Shown here: positions 59,108-64,000 of the stretch, in pieces
Position numbering within the stretch: the stretch's first letter is position 1
How the letters are laid out: each line of letters opens with the position of its first letter
Source: Takakia lepidozioides
Taxonomy: Eukaryota > Plantae > Bryophyta
Reading direction: 5' to 3'
Assembly: GCA_030704615.1 (NCBI GenBank)
Contig: CM060731.1
Location: 53,196,001-53,260,000, forward strand
DNA: 64,000 bases
Position numbers and translations under genes: made by a program
The notes under the pieces: model-generated
Databases searched by the model: none
What the model saw: only the letters and a program-made list of their open reading frames with translations
Told to the model about the DNA's origin: nothing

Positions 59108-60354
59108 CTAGGGCGGAGATAGAACAGTGCCTACTAAAGCATACAGTGTCCATGTCATGGTACGCACGGTCTCTGCAGGCCCCCAGGCATCAGCGAACAG
59201 CTTTTGCTGGTCTTCGTTCAGGAGATCATGCCCTTGATCAAGGGCTGTTTGAACTGCTGACCATGACCGCAAATTCAGCAAGTAATCAGCCAATGATGCC
59301 TGCTTGGTGCACTCAAATTCGAAGGGTCCTGTGCCCCTTTCATCATCCACCACGGGGGCAAACGGGAATGGCATGGTCTTGTATCCCGATTCCAAATATT
59401 CAACCTCAGGTGCCCAGTAAGGAAGGGTTTTTTCATAGAAATCATCCACGACTGAATCCACAGCATCAGAAACATATGGTCGAGCTTTGTAGCACCAGGC
59501 TGCAATCACCCCTCCCGGCTTGCGCAGTACGCGCTTCACATGACCGTAGAAGCGATCAATGTCAAACCAGTGCAATGCTTCAGCGGAGATCACCAGGTCC
59601 ACTGCCCCTTCTGGACCCACCACACTAGTCACCTCCTCCAGTGAAAGGGTGGTCGATGTGAGGGCATATGTGATGTTGGGCCTCTGGATTGCGTACTTGA
59701 GCTGCTGGTCTGTGACGTCTGTCGCAATTACATTCTCATATTCCTCGGCTACCTGCAACCACGATTGAATTTGACTTGAATTCACATCATCTAGAGGTCT
59801 CTCTGTGTGCGTAAGCTCTGAAGCTGTAGTTAACCCCTGCCTGCCTACTATTGTGGGCGTAACCTAGTCCGGTGTGACCAAAAAGCCTGGATTACCACTC
59901 CACGCAGATGACCTTTCCCCCTCCAGTACCTTATGCCTGGATTACCCAGCCATGCAAACAGCATCGATCGACTTTTCCACCCTCCACAGTTCACATTCAT
60001 TTGGAACGAGAAGCCAATTCAACAAGCCTCGTATCTGCTCACTCACCTCATCATAAATAATACCCGCATACATGCAAACAGATAGATTCACATCAACCCA
60101 CTTGCAACCATCCTCCTAGAGAAATAAGGCCTGGCGCCAAAAGAAAATGGTGCCAACGAAAGCACTAAGTCGCAAGACCCGATACAGAAGAGTTCGTGCA
60201 GTACCGAAGCGGCAGCTTGGCCATTGCCAGTCCCAACATCCCAGGCCAGCGAGTGTGAAGGGGTCAGGGACGCCAAGAAGGAGAAGAGCGACGCCGGATA
60301 TGTGGGCCTGGCACTCGCATAGACGCTGGCTTGCCTCACAAACAAGTCCGCCAT
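59108..60354 (-). CDS. Class I SAM-dependent methyltransferase (Methyltransf_11 type), 2 exons
   Basis: Exons 60354-60205 and 59752-59108. Motifs [41 protein letters not shown] and LRSWSA. Confidence 0.93.
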
Positions 60355-61612
60355 GACGACCGCCTGATCACCTTCTACCTCTTCCCGAGATTCTCATCTC
60401 TCGCACACAAATCTACCTTGTGATACTTATACATGAATGCGGTGCTGCACGTTGCTTATGTCACTGCTGAGGTGCCTGCGCTCACCCAGACGTCACGTGT
60501 ACACACTACTTATTGCACACATTTTCAACTGTACTCCACTGTTCACAGTCGATACAACCGAGAAGCAACAAAAATTAGCAACAAAGCCTCACATCTTCTC
60601 ACTCACCTTCATCATATACACATCCTTGCGTACAGTAGGATAGATTCCACTTGCAAACATCCGAGAGGGACATCGTGCAGCAAGACGCAAAAGCCAGTGT
60701 GTGCAGTGCCCAATGGCAGCTTCTCGCTCGTCCCTTGTCCGACCCTACCAATTATGGGACTGGTGCTTGTTTGCCGAGGATGCAGGTGTATTCATGACTG
60801 TGTCTGTGCTGGAGTAGGTCCTACGTGGAACAGGAAGTATGCTTGGAGCGCCTGGGAAGCTGTGGATCAGCTTTTTTTTTATGCACTAGATTTCGCCACT
60901 TTTCGATCCAGAAATTGGCCTCACGAAATTTACAAAAGGAATTATGGGTTAAAATATGGCACTGTTTCGCATTACTGCCCTCCCTAATGCCATCGTGTCA
61001 CTGCAATGAAGACGCTGCCTGTCGCACACGGAAAGAGCCACATGCCATTTGGGTTCGTTAGATCTAGATGATCTTGCCTATCAATTTCTAGAAACCCTAC
61101 CTGGCAAGGAGCAAACCCTTGGGTTCAAACTCTTCCCGCTTTCGCCAAGGGGTTGAGCTATGGAGGGTACTCTCATTTAGGTTTCGCTTACCCGCCTAGT
61201 ATCCGTGTCATGCACCTCCATTTAAGCAGACTTGCACGCACATGGGGCTTTGAGCAGAGTTGCTCATCTTGCACAAGATTAGTCATATTTGTCAATGGAT
61301 TGCATCCATGTGACAGAGTTGTGCTAGGCTTTGCAAGATGCAGTGTCGTTGTTACTTAGAAAAATTACCTCCCTTGTCGCTCCCATAAACCGAACACTAC
61401 ATGAGTTGAGTTCGGTTTAGCTATTAAAGTTATTCCTTAAGTCCAGGGGATGCACCGTGAGTTCGGCCAGTTTGGTCAAAAAACAGGGTGAACAGGGTGG
61501 AAGCGGACCCACAAAGTACAAGCGAGATAAAGAGGGGGCCAAACTCAAAATAGCAGGAAAAACAAGCACAAATATATTTGATCCCGTCTTCCTCCGCGGC
61601 TTGTGCTCCTTC

Positions 61613-62618
61613 TTACGACGTTAGAATGTTGAAAACTATTTGAAGGCGATGTTGTGCAACCGAATCAAGAACATGTGTCATAATGGTTGATGAAGATGCC
61701 AGTAGTCGAACATCACTACTAGTGTGAGTAATTGTGATGTGCTTTAGAACAGCACATGTTACTCCTCCAAACCGGAAAGTAGTTGTCAACCGCTCATACT
61801 CATAATGAAAAGAAAGAATGAAGCTCACCTACATGACGTTAAACACAATCCGTATCAATTTCTACTGTTTCAAGGGAAAAACCAGATTCTGAACATGCAG
61901 GTCTGAAAAACATCTAAATGAAATTCAAAAATCTATCATGTTTATGAAACCAAACTTGTATCATTGGGAATCGAAATAAAGCTAAGAACTAAAAATGAAA
62001 CCTTAAAACCACAATGTCAAATCTGCATTTTCAGATCTATCATTTTGTAAAGTCAAAAACATAGGATTAGAACTTACAATCTAGATATCTTTAGGACCAA
62101 TGCCGTCGGCAACTTTCAACTCATACTTGCTGTCAATCTGCCCCCCCCCCCCCACAGATATCACAACCACCGCGAGATTAGAAGTCACAAATTTCTTTCC
62201 GTGGTACAAATTCAGCGATTGATTCTATTGGAAAGTAATAGAGCTCCACAGCAGGAACGAATGGAAGAAACGCCTCAACAGTTGTGGCCGAGCTGATCCT
62301 TATTGTCATCTCGTTATCCCCCTTCTCCCACTTATGTTTAGGGCGCAAGCCAAAGTTCTCAATCCTCAAGGCTGCTCTTTTGACAAAACATTCTTCATGG
62401 TTCTTCACAAGGCTACCACTGATGGTGATTGTGACAGTCTGGATGCCATATTTGTCTATCAGATCAACATGAAGGTAAGAAAATGAAGAAGACTCTATGT
62501 TAGTCTTCTCAAAGTTTCCATACCTACTCAAAATAATACACTCAAAGGTTGCATCTCTTACATTGCAATCAAGATCATCTACAGTCAAAAGATGTCGGTT
62601 GTATCTCACAACCATCAC
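61613..62618 (-). pseudogene. Decayed RPA70/DUF223-like OB-fold gene, possibly Helitron-associated
   Basis: LHVDLIDKYG..TVTITISGSLV...ALRIENFGL...TIRISSATTVE follows the RPA1 OB-fold pattern. The continuation LAVVVISVG...LKVADG is frameshifted, with a further exon at 61828-61613 containing LLASSSTI. AT-rich flanks. Confidence 0.5.
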
Positions 62619-63539
62619 ACTATCCGAAATACAAGATTACCTGAAAACAATGAAAACAATGAAGACAAAGGAAATAAATAATAGCTAAACAATCTGTGCT
62701 TAAGACCTCATCTATTTTATATAGAATAGAGAATGGTTTTGAGTATAGTAATATAAAAATATTTGTATTTTGTATATTTCAATAATCACCAGCAAATGCC
62801 AGTACTGTTGGATGAGAGCTCACTACACTTAATTCATGTTAGCCCTCTCCTGCCCCAAACTGTCTGACTGCCCATTCTTATGGCACTTACACAGATTGTC
62901 TCTCAAGTATCACGAAGCTTTTGTCAATAAAGAAGCCCCGAGTTACCCCGTACATTTGAGAACTTAAGTACTTAGCAGCACAACAAACACAACTGCTAGC
63001 TGATCAGAGAAAATGTTCCGCGTAAGGGGCATTGGCTCCCAATATAACCACCAGGGATTACATGAACGCTATTTCTAATATCACGCAGCTATGGAGGAGG
63101 GATGAGAGAAAGAGGAACAACGGAGGTCGTGATGCTTACTGTGCGTCTTCCTTCGAAGCAAAGACTGAATGGTTGTACTTTATGCATGGAAATGATGCCA
63201 CGACTGATGGCTCCATTCCCCGCAAGCTTCGATCAACCTGAAATGAAAACAGGCTTGCATGCTGGTGCTTTCCGTGAATTGATCCAATGACTTGCCTAGA
63301 CTTTCAAGGGAACCAATTTTAGTCCTCCCATCAGACTACATCCAACTTCCCACATTCAAAATACCATGGCATATATATAGATGATGGGATCTAGCACTCT
63401 GTAGACGCTCACTGGTGGTTACAAGTACTGCGACTCTTTAGGCGCGAGACTGCCCAACTGCATTGTCCCAACCACCCAAGCTGCAGTACATCCCACTGCC
63501 ACTTTGACTTGCTCATTCTTGTCTATTGTTCATCGTCAA

Positions 63540-63853
63540 GCTTCACCCCTTCCCCCATCATTTGCTTTCAGGTCTCCAAAGCCTCATCCCGCGCTCCTGC
63601 TCTGCACACCCTGCAAGCATCGCGTTCCACGACACCACTTCTCGTTTGGCCATGGTGTTGAACACTCCCTTGGCATCCTCAATAAACCCACATTTGGCAT
63701 ACTTGTTCACCAGGGCAGGGTTCAGAATGACATCTGGTACAAATCCAGCTTTGACGATGTCACCATGGACCTCTTTCCCCTTTTCTAGAGATCCTAGCCT
63801 TGCACACGCATTGCAAACACAAACAAACGTGATGTGGTTGGGCTTCACCCTTC
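63540..63853 (-). pseudogene. Isolated single L-S-P PPR triplet fragment
   Basis: ITFVCVCNACARL..LEKGKEVHGDIVKAG.VPDVILN.ALVN.YAKCG..EDAKGVF..MA.R.VVSWNAM with a 1-nt frameshift and no PPR sequence on either side. Confidence 0.9.
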
Positions 63854-64000
63854 GTACAGCAATTGCTCAACAGACTGATTTAATGTAAACTCAGGGCAGG
63901 GATCCTACCTTTGAATAACAAACAGAAGCAGAGAGGAAATGGAGAGTAATTGCAACGAACTCAACTAATCACACTAGTTCCTATGATCAATTGCATTTGC

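Noticed and set aside
60433-60987. 184-aa ORF upstream of the methyltransferase
   Set aside because: No recognisable motif; it lies in the presumed promoter region of a real gene.

Overview
Gene-dense eukaryotic nuclear DNA from a land plant. The moss-like PLS-class PPR proteins and a fragment resembling a ciliary microtubule inner protein suggest a seed-free, flagellated-sperm lineage; this is inference and the species cannot be fixed from the sequence. The first 28 kb hold a family of PLS-type PPR RNA-editing factor genes with intronless arrays in different states: one with an intact array and DYW domain (24495-27182, -), one with an intact DYW domain but a 5' frameshift (2782-5986, +), one with an intact array but a decayed DYW domain (19209-22451, +), and one full pseudogene (6135-7325). 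A solitary one-period PLS fragment lies at 63540-63853. The remainder is multi-exon housekeeping genes: ATGL-like patatin, PUX11/UBXN4-like UBX protein, coproporphyrinogen III oxidase, ketol-acid reductoisomerase, SGNH/CE6 esterase, PEX11, CYP21-4-like cyclophilin and a SAM methyltransferase. Features the ORF track misses or leaves unexplained: a U3 snoRNA gene with a Pol III-type USE/TATA promoter, a U12-type intron and a GC-AG intron in the UBX gene, a SAXO-like exon, a 5'-truncated LINE, a putative tRNA-derived SINE, a decayed RPA70-like OB-fold gene and several tandem repeats. Exon boundaries were read by eye from splice consensus and frame continuity; family assignments come from recalled motifs, not database searches.
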